From a bacterium (GTDB lineage: Bacteria > Patescibacteriota > Doudnabacteria > UBA920 > 2-01-FULL-46-14), in NCBI GenBank assembly GCA_030700065.1, contig JAUYKH010000041.1, positions 4,659 through 68,658 on the forward strand: DNA of 64,000 bases, read 5' to 3'. The stretch's first letter is position 1. Each line of letters starts with the position of its first letter. A program made the translations under genes and the position numbers. Shown piece by piece: positions 9,427 through 19,328 of this stretch. The notes under the pieces are model-generated. The model had not been told where the DNA came from and did no database searches. It was given only the letters and a program-made list of their open reading frames with translations.

Positions 9427-10433
9427 ATGTTTTGGTAACAGCTATTGGGGGCGATTTGGGGCAGGGGGTCTTGAAATCTCTCCGATTATTAAAGTATAAA
9501 CCGAGAATTGTGGGTACAGACATTACCCCAACCGCACCCGGTTTGTTTTTGGCGGACAAGGGGTATGTCGTCGAGCCGGTTACTAATGAAAAAAAGTTTC
9601 TGTGGCAGATTGTCAAAATTTGTCGGAAGGAAAAGATTGACATTGTTTTCGTCTGTTTTGAGAAGGAACAGTTTTTAATTGCCGCTCACCTCGGCGACTT
9701 GGCCCTACAAACTAAAGCTTATTTTTTGGTGCAGCCGTATTCAGTGCTGAAAATGTGCCAAAATAAATTAAAGCTTTATCGTTTTTTGGCAAGACACGGG
9801 GTCAGGATTCCCGCGACCGCCGCCACAAAACCGGAAGCCGGAAAACTCATTCGAAAATTTGCTTTTCCCCTGGTGATTAAATCCCGAAGAGGAAGTGGTT
9901 CGCGGAGTTTTCGGCTCATAAACAGCAAGCGGGAGTTTGGGTGGTGGTGGCGAAATACTGAATATCCGATACTGCAAGAGCATATCGCCAATAGAAATGG
10001 TGACGAATTTACGGTCGGAGTTTTCTTGGACAAGAAAGCTAGGGCGTTAGGCAGCATTGCCATGAAGCGCGAGCTTAAAGGCGGCGTAACCATTCATGCT
10101 ATTGTTGATGAATTTCCCAGGATTGAGGCGTTGGCCGCCGGAACCGCCGAAGCAATCGGGGCGATCGGCCCTTGCAACGTGCAAATCAGAATGGATAAAA
10201 ACAACCAGCCGTGTATTATCGAAGTCAATGCCAGGATTTCAGGGACTGCGATATTTCGATCCAAGCTTGGATTTAATGAGGCCGGGGCGGCGATTGATTA
10301 TTTTATGTTCAATAAAAGGCCGCAGCTTCGAACCAGAAAGGCAGTTGTTATGAAAATTTGGGATGAGCTCATTATTGATCCAAAGAAGTATGAATTCTTA
10401 AAAAGACGCGGCTACCTAAGCGCCGGCAAATAG
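9423..10433 (+). CDS. ATP-grasp protein
   Basis: NVLVTAIGG, KSRRGSGS, LQEHI, GPCNVQ, IIEVNARISG; start moved to ATG 9423. Confidence 0.85.
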   Translation: MNVLVTAIGGDLGQGVLKSLRLLKYKPRIVGTDITPTAPGLFLADKGYVVEPVTNEKKFLWQIVKICRKEKIDIVFVCFEKEQFLIAAHLGDLALQTKAYFLVQPYSVLKMCQNKLKLYRFLARHGVRIPATAATKPEAGKLIRKFAFPLVIKSRRGSGSRSFRLINSKREFGWWWRNTEYPILQEHIANRNGDEFTVGVFLDKKARALGSIAMKRELKGGVTIHAIVDEFPRIEALAAGTAEAIGAIGPCNVQIRMDKNNQPCIIEVNARISGTAIFRSKLGFNEAGAAIDYFMFNKRPQLRTRKAVVMKIWDELIIDPKKYEFLKRRGYLSAGK

Positions 10434-10434
10434 C

Positions 10435-11115
10435 ATGAAAAAACTTCTTGTCTTTGATTGCTACCAAACCCTAATTTATAAACCGGGTCTCGGAACGGCC
10501 CTGCAAAAATTCCTGGCTAAAGAGTTAAAAGCCCAGGTATCTTTGAAGCACATAAATTTGGCTTTTAAAATAATGTATAATCGGCATAAATTCCAGCACG
10601 CAAAATTTAGCACCGAAAAACAACGAAGGAATTATTACCGCGGATATAATCAATATCTCCTGAACACCCTGGGCCTTGATATTTCCATCCCGGTGGCCGA
10701 CAGATTAAATAAAGTTTTATCCCGGGTGCCCTACGTTAGTTATCCAGACGTGATCTCGACCCTCCAATATTTGAAATCGCGACATTACCAGTTGGGGTTG
10801 CTGGCGAATTGGACAAGCCAACTCGAGCAAGTATTGAGCAGGATAAAACTTACGAAATATTTTGATTTCGTGTTTGCTTCTCACAATTTGGGGGTTCAAA
10901 AGCCGGACCCAAGGTTTTTTACCAAGGCTTTACGCAGGCACAGAAAAAAATACGATAAAGTTTACTACGTTGGGGACGATTATGATCTTGATGTTATACC
11001 GGCCAGAAGGGCGAAATTAATACCCGTTTTGATTGATCGCGAGAATAATTATCCGACACAAACAGACTGTACAAAGGTGAAAACCCTGCGAAGCTTAATT
11101 CATATCATTAATTAG
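10435..11115 (+). CDS. HAD-family hydrolase
   Basis: FDCYQTL motif I, KPDPRFF, YVGDDYDLD. Confidence 0.85.
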   Translation: MKKLLVFDCYQTLIYKPGLGTALQKFLAKELKAQVSLKHINLAFKIMYNRHKFQHAKFSTEKQRRNYYRGYNQYLLNTLGLDISIPVADRLNKVLSRVPYVSYPDVISTLQYLKSRHYQLGLLANWTSQLEQVLSRIKLTKYFDFVFASHNLGVQKPDPRFFTKALRRHRKKYDKVYYVGDDYDLDVIPARRAKLIPVLIDRENNYPTQTDCTKVKTLRSLIHIIN

Positions 11116-11124
11116 ATAAATTCC

Positions 11125-12177
11125 ATGGAAATGACAATCGGCAATAAAAAGATCGGGCATGATTTTCCTACGTTTGTCGTCGCGGAAATGTCGGGTAATC
11201 ACAACCAAGATATTAACAGGGCGTATCAAATTATTGACGCGGCCGCCGAAGCCGGAGCAGATGCCATTAAGCTCCAAACTTATACTGCTGACACAATCAC
11301 GATTGATTCTGATGAGGCGCCTTTTCGTCTCGGTGCCGATGTTAATGAAGCGTGGGCCGGACAGACATTATATAAATTGTATCAACAGGCTTTCACTCCT
11401 TGGGGGTGGCAACCTAAACTTAAAGAATATGCAGAAAAGAAAGGCCTGATTTGTTTCTCAACGCCCTTTGACGAAACATCGGTAGACTTTCTGGAAAACC
11501 TGAATGTCCCGGCATACAAAGTTGCATCTTTTGAGTTGGTTGATATTCCACTTTTGAAAAAGATCGGGCAGACAAAAAAACCGGTGATTATATCCCGGGG
11601 CATGGCTTCACTCGAAGAAATTGAACTAGCGGTGGAAACTCTCAAAAAGGCCGGAACGTCTGGGGTAGCGGTTTTGCACTGTGTGAGTGCTTATCCAGCG
11701 CGGCCAGATCAGATGAACCTCGCAACAATTCCTGATTTGGCAAAAAGATTTGATGTGATTCCTGGCCTCTCCGACCACACTTTAGGTATTACCGTCCCAA
11801 TTGCGGCAGTGACTTTAGGGGCGAAAATAATAGAAAAGCACTTTACCTTGGCTCGCGCTGATGGGGGGCCGGATGCCTCATTTTCTTTGGAACCTAAAGA
11901 ATTGAAGGAGTTGGTGGATGCCATCAGGGACATAGAAAAGGCCGTGGGTAAACCGACTTATGGGGCTTCGGGCGGTGAATCAGAATACTTAAAGTATAGG
12001 CGTTCATTGTTTGCGGTAGCAGATATCAAGAAAGGCGAAGCGTTTACCAAAGATAACATTCGTTCGATTCGGCCCGGTTTCGGTCTGCCGCCAAAATATT
12101 TTGAACAAATAATTGGGAAAAAAGCGAAACAAGACATCAAACGAGGAACACCTTTGGGTTGGGAGATGATCAAGTGA
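11125..12177 (+). CDS. pseI: Pseudaminic acid synthase
   Basis: AEMSGNHNQ, KLQTYTADTITID, YKVASFE, SDHTLG, IEKHFTL, C-terminal SAF domain. Confidence 0.9.
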   Translation: MEMTIGNKKIGHDFPTFVVAEMSGNHNQDINRAYQIIDAAAEAGADAIKLQTYTADTITIDSDEAPFRLGADVNEAWAGQTLYKLYQQAFTPWGWQPKLKEYAEKKGLICFSTPFDETSVDFLENLNVPAYKVASFELVDIPLLKKIGQTKKPVIISRGMASLEEIELAVETLKKAGTSGVAVLHCVSAYPARPDQMNLATIPDLAKRFDVIPGLSDHTLGITVPIAAVTLGAKIIEKHFTLARADGGPDASFSLEPKELKELVDAIRDIEKAVGKPTYGASGGESEYLKYRRSLFAVADIKKGEAFTKDNIRSIRPGFGLPPKYFEQIIGKKAKQDIKRGTPLGWEMIK

Positions 12178-12251
12178 ATTGCTCCTTGTTGAGAGCGGGC
12201 GAACAGAGTAAAATGTATAGACGAATAAATTAATTTTTTGAAGAAAAAACT

Positions 12252-13364
12252 ATGAAGTGGACACGAACAATCTCATTCAAACCTGAAAAAATCCAGCAAG
12301 AAGCCTGGACTTTCGAAGATGGGAACGAAACAAAAAAATATTCAGTCGAAGTGACTTTGGGTAAGCCGATTGATATTTTGTCCCTTAAAATGAGCAGGGT
12401 TGAGGATTTTAAATCCAAGGTTGAGACTGTGAAGGCTTCGCGGACTGAAGTTTACGCAAATCCTGTCAACCTGGAAGAGGTCAAGAATTGTCCGATATGC
12501 CAAAACCCGTCTGACCGATTGAGGCAGATCCTCAATATATATGGCGCCGTTTACACTTCCTGCGAGAAATGTTTCCATTGCTACGCCCTTTCTAAGCCCA
12601 CGGACGCGTACCTCGCGAGTTTTTACAAAACGAACGATTCTTACCAAAGCACATATGCCGACAAAAATACTCAAAAGCAGCGTCTGGAATGGATCTCCAA
12701 ACCCAAGGCAGAATACGTACTAAATGAATATAAAAAGCGATACGGCAGATTGCCCAAAAAAGTTCTTGATATTGGCGCGGGAAGCGGGCATTTCGTTTAC
12801 CAATTGAGACAAATGGGAATAGATTGCGATGGAGTTGAGATCAGCGAGTCAGGAATCGCTTTCGCGAAAGAAGTTTTTGGCGTCGAACTTTTGAACATTG
12901 ATTTTTTGAAGGAAGCGGATAAATTTGAATGCGACATTGTAACATTTTGGGGACTGATCGAACACGTGAGCAAACCTGTCGAGATGCTCGCGGCTGCGAG
13001 GCGCGCGCTTGGCCCAGACGGCATGGTTGTCGCCGAAGTACCGCGGTTTGAGAGTCTTAGCACAGCAGTACATCGGGCCTTTCCCGATTCAGTAATCAGA
13101 CATTTGGATCCCATGGATCATAATCAGTGTTTTTCAGATTCGTCACTGGCAACTGCTTTTGTTTTGAGCGGTTTGGATATTGTTTCTGCGTGGTATTTTG
13201 GCATGGATGCCTATGAGTTCATATCGCAATTGGCGTACCGTGCGCAAGAAGACAAAGTCATCAAGGTCGCTGGCGAAAAAATTCCTGTGTTTCAGGAGCA
13301 AATCGACCTTGGCCGTCTTTCAGATTTCGTTCTATTTATTGGTATCCCTTCAAAGAAACAATAG
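12252..13364 (+). CDS. Class I SAM methyltransferase with N-terminal CxxC...CxxC domain
   Basis: CPIC...CEKC, VLDIGAGSG, LIEHV. Confidence 0.85.
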   Translation: MKWTRTISFKPEKIQQEAWTFEDGNETKKYSVEVTLGKPIDILSLKMSRVEDFKSKVETVKASRTEVYANPVNLEEVKNCPICQNPSDRLRQILNIYGAVYTSCEKCFHCYALSKPTDAYLASFYKTNDSYQSTYADKNTQKQRLEWISKPKAEYVLNEYKKRYGRLPKKVLDIGAGSGHFVYQLRQMGIDCDGVEISESGIAFAKEVFGVELLNIDFLKEADKFECDIVTFWGLIEHVSKPVEMLAAARRALGPDGMVVAEVPRFESLSTAVHRAFPDSVIRHLDPMDHNQCFSDSSLATAFVLSGLDIVSAWYFGMDAYEFISQLAYRAQEDKVIKVAGEKIPVFQEQIDLGRLSDFVLFIGIPSKKQ

Positions 13365-13370
13365 TTATTT

Positions 13371-15800
13371 ATGCCTGCAAACAATAAAAAAAGAAAAGCG
13401 ATTATTTTAGGAGCCGGCCCTTTAGGTTTGGTGACCGCGTGGAAACTCCTGGAAAACGGCTGGAAGGTTGAGATTTACGAGAAGCAGAATATGGTTGGCG
13501 GCTTGTGCCGCACGTGGAGGTGGCGGGATTTCCTGGTTGATACCGGCCCGCATATATACCACACTCCAGACCCCCAGCTGGCGAAATTTTGGGAAGCGGA
13601 GTTTGGTGATCTTATGCTGAAGGGAGAATTTTGGTGTAAGAACGTGCGCGGTGATCAATTCGAAGAATATTGGGATTACCCTCTGTCCTGGGAAAGCATA
13701 TCGCGGTATCCGCTTAAGCTTAAGGAAAAAGTCTTGAAAGAATTGCAGGAACGCTCCGAGGAGTCCAAAGTCAAAGCAAGAAATTATACGCAATATATGG
13801 AGGCTCAAGTTGGTCCGACACTGCGTGAAATGTTTTTCAAATCGTATCCCGAAAAAATTTGGGGTATCACAACCGATGAAATGACGCCTGGCTGGGCGCC
13901 AAAACGCATTGAATTTCGGCAGAAAGTAACCCCTTTTTATCACAATCAATGGAACGCGGTCGGCAAATTCGGAACGGGATGCGTCTATGAACGAATTAAG
14001 GAAAAAATTGATTCGTTGGGCGGGAAGGTTTATTTAGGCGCGCAGGTGACCAACATAGTTCCAGAGGGCGGTGGGCGGCTGAAACGGATAACCTTCGCCG
14101 ATCGAGAGGCTGTCGAGATTGGACCGGATGACGTTGTCATCTCCAGTCTGCCAATTACCCTAACCGCCAGATTTTTTGGACATGAAAGCTCGCTGCGCTT
14201 CCGCGGCATTACTTCCGTGTATCTGGCCTACAAAAAAGAGTCGATCCTCCCAAAAGGGATTCATTGGCTCTATTATGGCTCCCCGAATGTTGATTTTAAC
14301 CGCATTACCGAACCCAAAAAACTCTCTCCTTACGTCGCGCCTACGGGCGAGACTTATCTCACTGTGGAAATTACCATGAGCCCCGGGGATGAAATCGACC
14401 GCATGGATCCGCAGGAGTTGTCAGGGCGCGTGGCCGCTCAAGTGGAAAAAGCCGGTCTGGCCCGAAAAGAGGAAGTGATTGACTCGAGCGTGAATAAGGA
14501 AAGGTTTGTCTATCCCTTGCAGTACGCGGGATATCAGGAAGAACTGGCAAAAACACGCGCTGTTGTTTCCAAATATCAGCAGCTGTTTTCCATCGGCACT
14601 GGCGGGGATTTTAGTTACGCTGATAGTCAAATTCTTTTTCATAAGGCATTTGATACGGTCTCCATTCTATGCGGAAAAGATTCGTCTTATACCCAGGTGA
14701 TTCGCCAGACTCCGCAAATTAGTTTCAACCAGATAGTTCGAATGGGTGAACGTAAAGTTGGTGATGGCGAGCAGCCCTATATCATCGCCGAAGCGGGACT
14801 CAATCACAACGGGAGCCTCGATCTGGCCAAACAGCTGGTTGACGCGGCCGCGAAAACCGGCGCGGATGCTGTAAAGTTTCAAACGTTTCAGGCGAAAAAT
14901 CGAATTTCCAGGAAAGTGAAGGCCGTCAAATATGCTGAAACAGTCATTGGCACGGAAGAGACGCTTTACGAGATGTTTGACCGATTGGCCATGTCGTTTG
15001 AGGACCAGAAACAACTGTTTGCTTACGCCAAGGATAGGGGAATCGAGGTTTTTTCGACCCCCTTTGACGAGGAAAGTGTGGATTTTCTCGAGTCGGTCGG
15101 CGTGAGGTTTTATAAAATTGCCTCAATGGATCTCGTCAATTTACCCTTGATTGAGCGCGCGGCAAAAACTGGCAAACCGATTATTCTTTCGACCGGGATG
15201 TCGACGCTTGGGCAAATAGAAGAGGCGGTCGAGGTCGTACAGAAAGCCGGTAACCCGAATTTGGTGCTTTTGCATTGCAATTCATCGTACCCGGCCGCGC
15301 CCGAGGAGATGAACCTCAATGTTATCAAGACCTTAAAGCAAGCGTTCGGGGTACCGGTGGGGCTTTCTGACCATACTTTGGGTTTAACAGTTTCCCAGAC
15401 TGCTTTAGCGATTGGAGCCAACATGATCGAGAGACATTTTACCCTGGATCGGACGTTTGAGGGACCAGACCACATTCTTTCGTCCGAGCCTCAAGAGTTT
15501 GCCGAGCTTGTGAGATTGTCCAAAAACACCCCCCCGATCAAATTGACAAAACAGATTTCCCAAATCCTTGGCGATGGAGTGAAGCGGATTCAGCCGAGCG
15601 AATACTCAACACTCAACACCCAGCGCAAGAGTCTGTATGCCGCGGCGGATATAGAGACTGGCGAGCCAATTACCAAAGAGAAGATTATTATTAAAGGCCC
15701 GGGCGGGGGACTGCTGCCAAAGTATTTGGATATGGTCGTGGGGCGCGTCGCCCGCAAACGCATCGAGAGCGATTATCCGATTACTTGGGAAGTTATTTAA
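13371..15800 (+). CDS. Fusion of an FAD-dependent oxidoreductase (UDP-Galp mutase/PPO-like) and a NeuB-family nonulosonate synthase
   Basis: N-half GAGPLG, EKQNMVGGLCRT, GPHIYHT, KIWG; C-half IIAEAGLNHNG, KFQ, KIASMD, LSTGMS, SDHT, ERHFTLD, SAF domain; one uninterrupted ORF. Confidence 0.9.
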   Translation: MPANNKKRKAIILGAGPLGLVTAWKLLENGWKVEIYEKQNMVGGLCRTWRWRDFLVDTGPHIYHTPDPQLAKFWEAEFGDLMLKGEFWCKNVRGDQFEEYWDYPLSWESISRYPLKLKEKVLKELQERSEESKVKARNYTQYMEAQVGPTLREMFFKSYPEKIWGITTDEMTPGWAPKRIEFRQKVTPFYHNQWNAVGKFGTGCVYERIKEKIDSLGGKVYLGAQVTNIVPEGGGRLKRITFADREAVEIGPDDVVISSLPITLTARFFGHESSLRFRGITSVYLAYKKESILPKGIHWLYYGSPNVDFNRITEPKKLSPYVAPTGETYLTVEITMSPGDEIDRMDPQELSGRVAAQVEKAGLARKEEVIDSSVNKERFVYPLQYAGYQEELAKTRAVVSKYQQLFSIGTGGDFSYADSQILFHKAFDTVSILCGKDSSYTQVIRQTPQISFNQIVRMGERKVGDGEQPYIIAEAGLNHNGSLDLAKQLVDAAAKTGADAVKFQTFQAKNRISRKVKAVKYAETVIGTEETLYEMFDRLAMSFEDQKQLFAYAKDRGIEVFSTPFDEESVDFLESVGVRFYKIASMDLVNLPLIERAAKTGKPIILSTGMSTLGQIEEAVEVVQKAGNPNLVLLHCNSSYPAAPEEMNLNVIKTLKQAFGVPVGLSDHTLGLTVSQTALAIGANMIERHFTLDRTFEGPDHILSSEPQEFAELVRLSKNTPPIKLTKQISQILGDGVKRIQPSEYSTLNTQRKSLYAAADIETGEPITKEKIIIKGPGGGLLPKYLDMVVGRVARKRIESDYPITWEVI

Positions 15801-15809
15801 GGAGAAAAC

Positions 15810-16577
15810 ATGATGAATTTAAAGGATAAAAAAGTTTTGATCACAGGGGCGGCGGGTCAGCTCGGCAGACAATACTGTCAGGCTTTTGCGCAAGCCGGAG
15901 CCGTTGTGATCGCGTCCGATATTGATCTTGAAGCCTGTCAGGAAATCCCGGGTCAGCTCGAGGGGGGTATCGCAAAGCATTATGCCTTGGCATGTGATGT
16001 CGCAGATCCGTCGTCAGTCGAAGCGGCTTTTGCTGAAATTACGAGCCGGTTTGGCTCGCTCGACGTGCTCATCAATAACGCGGGCATCGGCGTATTCGAG
16101 CCTTGGCTTGAGCGGAAGTTTGAGGATTTTATGAAGGTGTTTCGAGTAAACGCGGGCGGGACCTTTCTGTGCACGAAAGCCGCCAGTGTGCTGATGCGCG
16201 ATTCGAAAACCAAGGGGTCTATCATCAATATCGGCTCGATTTACGGTTTGGGAAGCAGTGATCCGAGGATATACGGCGACACGCCCCGGATGAACTCTGA
16301 ATGCTACACCGGGTCAAAAGCAGCCGTTATCGCCATGACCAAATATTTTGCCATCCACTTGGCGCCATATGGTATTCGAGTGAACTGTATTAGCCCGGGT
16401 GGGGTTTTCAACCGGCAAGGCAGTTATTTTGTGGAGCAGTACAGCAATCGCACGCCGATGGGGCGCATGGCGAACGAGGATGAACTGCCAGCTACTGCCG
16501 TATTTTTGGCGTCAGATGGAGCTTCATACATCACCGGACAAAATATAGCGGTTGACGGGGGTTGGACTGCGTGGTGA
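15810..16577 (+). CDS. SDR oxidoreductase
   Basis: TGAAGQLG, NNAG, YTGSK, RVNCISPGG, VDGGWTAW; GGAG upstream. Confidence 0.9.
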   Translation: MMNLKDKKVLITGAAGQLGRQYCQAFAQAGAVVIASDIDLEACQEIPGQLEGGIAKHYALACDVADPSSVEAAFAEITSRFGSLDVLINNAGIGVFEPWLERKFEDFMKVFRVNAGGTFLCTKAASVLMRDSKTKGSIINIGSIYGLGSSDPRIYGDTPRMNSECYTGSKAAVIAMTKYFAIHLAPYGIRVNCISPGGVFNRQGSYFVEQYSNRTPMGRMANEDELPATAVFLASDGASYITGQNIAVDGGWTAW

Positions 16578-16595
16578 AAATAATTAGCTAAAAGT

Positions 16596-17744
16596 ATGGA
16601 ACAGGAAATACAATATTTAGAAGCGTGGCTCAAGGAGGCGGAGCTACTGGCCAGAAAAATTAGAAATCAGGCTGATCGGAAGAATGGCATGGCGGTTTTT
16701 ACTATTTCCGCCACGGTCAAGGCCCAGGATAAAAGAAAACCCTTTTTGACGCCTTTGCGGGAAATTACGCATGGGTCTGTCGGAGGGTCGCTCGTATTTT
16801 CTCAAACACAGGCCGCTCTGCTTTGTAAACAAATCGACGGCATCGTAGATTGGATTTTGGTTGATGCCGAAAAAAAGATTCCGATCAGTTTTGGCTACAA
16901 TAAAGAAATTTTGTCGCACTTTAAGCTTCAGCTTTTGGGGCGCAAGGTCGGATATTCCCGCGAGCATATCGAGATGGGGAATCTAAGCGCGGTATGCGCC
17001 CTATATGTCAAGCAAAGCGATTTGCACGAATTTAAGGCCAATGACATTACTGTTGATTCCGTATGGCACGCGCTCTCCCACGCGAAGGGGATACTAAGCG
17101 GAAAAAAGATCGCGATTATCGGCGCCGGCAACATTGGGTTCAAGCTGGCACAACGACTCGTCGAGAGTGGGTGCAGTGTTGATCTAGTGCGCCGTGATGC
17201 GACCCGCGGAACATTGATGGCGGATCTTATCAATGCGGTCAAGCCGAAATCTACGCTGGCCGTGGCGCATTACAATCCTGATCCGCTGCAGGCGTCCGTG
17301 TTTTCCGACGCGATAATCGGCTGCACCAACGGGGTGCCGGTGATTACATGGGAGATGATGCGGGCCATGCGTCCTGATGGGGTTGTCATTGATGTCGGGA
17401 AAGGAACGATCCATGGTGATGCCTTGAGAAAGGGATTAGAGGATGGTGTAAAAATTATCCGCACGGATGTAGCACCGGGAATAGACGGGTTGATTGCCAC
17501 CATTCGAAGCACAAAAAATTTAATGGCTAATGTGATGGGCCGGAAGCTTTTGGGTGATGTGAATGTGGTGTCCGGCGGTTTTATGGGATTGGACGGTGAT
17601 GTCGTCGTAGACAATTATGAGCATCCAACTTATGTCATCGGTATTTCGGACGGTAACGGCGATATCAAGAAAGATTATCCCGAGGCAGACGCCGTGCGAA
17701 TCGACGCGGTAAAAAAATTTATTGGCGTGGAAAAGCAACTATGA
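16596..17744 (+). CDS. NAD(P)-binding protein with unrecognised N-terminal domain
   Basis: IAIIGAGNIG Rossmann motif and VIDVGKG; N-terminal ~140 aa unassigned. Confidence 0.6.
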   Translation: MEQEIQYLEAWLKEAELLARKIRNQADRKNGMAVFTISATVKAQDKRKPFLTPLREITHGSVGGSLVFSQTQAALLCKQIDGIVDWILVDAEKKIPISFGYNKEILSHFKLQLLGRKVGYSREHIEMGNLSAVCALYVKQSDLHEFKANDITVDSVWHALSHAKGILSGKKIAIIGAGNIGFKLAQRLVESGCSVDLVRRDATRGTLMADLINAVKPKSTLAVAHYNPDPLQASVFSDAIIGCTNGVPVITWEMMRAMRPDGVVIDVGKGTIHGDALRKGLEDGVKIIRTDVAPGIDGLIATIRSTKNLMANVMGRKLLGDVNVVSGGFMGLDGDVVVDNYEHPTYVIGISDGNGDIKKDYPEADAVRIDAVKKFIGVEKQL

Positions 17745-18427
17745 AAATCTATACTGTTATCCCGGCTCGTTCCGGCAGCAAAAGCATACCAAAAAAGAAT
17801 ATTCGACCGCTGAACGGTAAGCCCCTTTTGCAGTATTCGGTTGAATATTCCCTGCAGTGCCCGCTCGTGTCGCGCACGGTTGTCTCCACGGACTCTGAAG
17901 AGTTTGCCCAAGTTGCCAGAAGCTGCGGGGCGGATGTTCCCTTTATTCGGCCGGCGGAATTCGCGCAGGACGATACGCAGGATTATCCGGTAATGCGGCA
18001 TGCTCTCGACACCCTCGAGTCTATATACAAAGAACAAATAGACGTGCTGGTTTTGCTCCGTCCGACCTCGCCATTTCGTCCGCCAAAGTTAATCGAACGG
18101 GCGGTGGAATTGTTGCAGAAGCATCCGGAAGCTACATCGGTCAGGGCAGTTACTAGGTCTACAGAGCACCCTTACAGGCAATGGGTTATAGAAGAGCCTT
18201 TTATGATTGGATTCGCGAGAGACGTGCACGAGCCTTACAATATTCCCCGTCAAAAATTGCCGAAGGTTCTTTTCCAAACCGGCGATTTGGAAATGGTGAC
18301 TAGGTCAACACTGCTTAGCGGTTCGGTTTCGGGAGATCATGTTTTGCCGCTTTACATCGCTCCGGAAGAGATGCTGGATCTCGACACTTTTTCAGACTGG
18401 GAGGAAGCAGAGAGGAGACAAACCTAA
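17741..18427 (+). CDS. neuA: CMP-nonulosonate synthetase (NeuA family)
   Basis: IPARSGSKSIPKKNI, STDS, RPAEFA, LRPTSPFR, PRQKLP. Confidence 0.9.
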   Translation: MKIYTVIPARSGSKSIPKKNIRPLNGKPLLQYSVEYSLQCPLVSRTVVSTDSEEFAQVARSCGADVPFIRPAEFAQDDTQDYPVMRHALDTLESIYKEQIDVLVLLRPTSPFRPPKLIERAVELLQKHPEATSVRAVTRSTEHPYRQWVIEEPFMIGFARDVHEPYNIPRQKLPKVLFQTGDLEMVTRSTLLSGSVSGDHVLPLYIAPEEMLDLDTFSDWEEAERRQT

Positions 18428-18428
18428 A

Positions 18429-19328
18429 ATGCGCACCGCGGCGGATCTTTTTCTCGGAACAGTTAAATTAGGAGTACCGGAATACGGCTTCTCTTCGACT
18501 GCTCCGGTAGTCAGCTTTGACGCCCAGCAATTTTTGTGCGAGGCAGTCAAATTAGGAATCAGCCGTTTTGATACGTCCCCTCGTTATGGCAATAGCGAGG
18601 AGGTAATCGGCCAATATATAGGGCAAGCTTCTTCTAAACCATTCGTTGCTTCAAAAATTGACAATCTTGCCCCGAACAATTCAGACACACCAGGGTTGAT
18701 GGAAAAGAGTGTGAATGATTCGTTGGCCAAACTCCACCTTTCTACTCTCGATATTTGTTATTTGCATCAAAACGAGATGGAAATTATCAGCGACCCGTAC
18801 ATCCATCAAGGACTTTCGTTGTTAAAGGAGAAGGGGCTCGTACGACAAGCGGGGGCATCGGTTTACAGCAAAGAAGAATGCTCGTACGCCGTAGATTGCG
18901 GAATTTTTGACGTAATCCAGGCCCCTGTTAGCGTTTTTGATCTTGGGTTTTACAATGACTTCGTTCTTAACAAAAACCCCCCTGTGACCTTGATTGCCCG
19001 TTCTTTGCTTCTGCAAGGCATTCTGGTTAATCGAAGACAAATCAAGGGACAGATCAAACAATCCGACGCTGTGCTTCAATATCTCGATAATTTGGATCAG
19101 CTCGCAAAAGAAGCTGACATGTCAACCCTTGATATGGCACTTGCCTTTGTCTATGGGCTCTCCGGAATCGATTATTACATTATTGGAACCACATCGCTCG
19201 AAAATCTGAAACATAACATTGAATGCTTGAAGCTTGAATTACCGCGGCATATTATAAGTGAAATTAAAGTATTGGCGGGTACTCCGAAACAATGGACTAA
19301 TCCCCGCAATTGGAGTTTAAATGGATAA
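18429..19328 (+). CDS. Aldo/keto reductase
   Basis: LGTVKLG..YG, FDTSPRYGNSE, YLH, GASVY, ARSLLLQG; start moved to ATG 18429. Confidence 0.85.
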   Translation: MRTAADLFLGTVKLGVPEYGFSSTAPVVSFDAQQFLCEAVKLGISRFDTSPRYGNSEEVIGQYIGQASSKPFVASKIDNLAPNNSDTPGLMEKSVNDSLAKLHLSTLDICYLHQNEMEIISDPYIHQGLSLLKEKGLVRQAGASVYSKEECSYAVDCGIFDVIQAPVSVFDLGFYNDFVLNKNPPVTLIARSLLLQGILVNRRQIKGQIKQSDAVLQYLDNLDQLAKEADMSTLDMALAFVYGLSGIDYYIIGTTSLENLKHNIECLKLELPRHIISEIKVLAGTPKQWTNPRNWSLNG

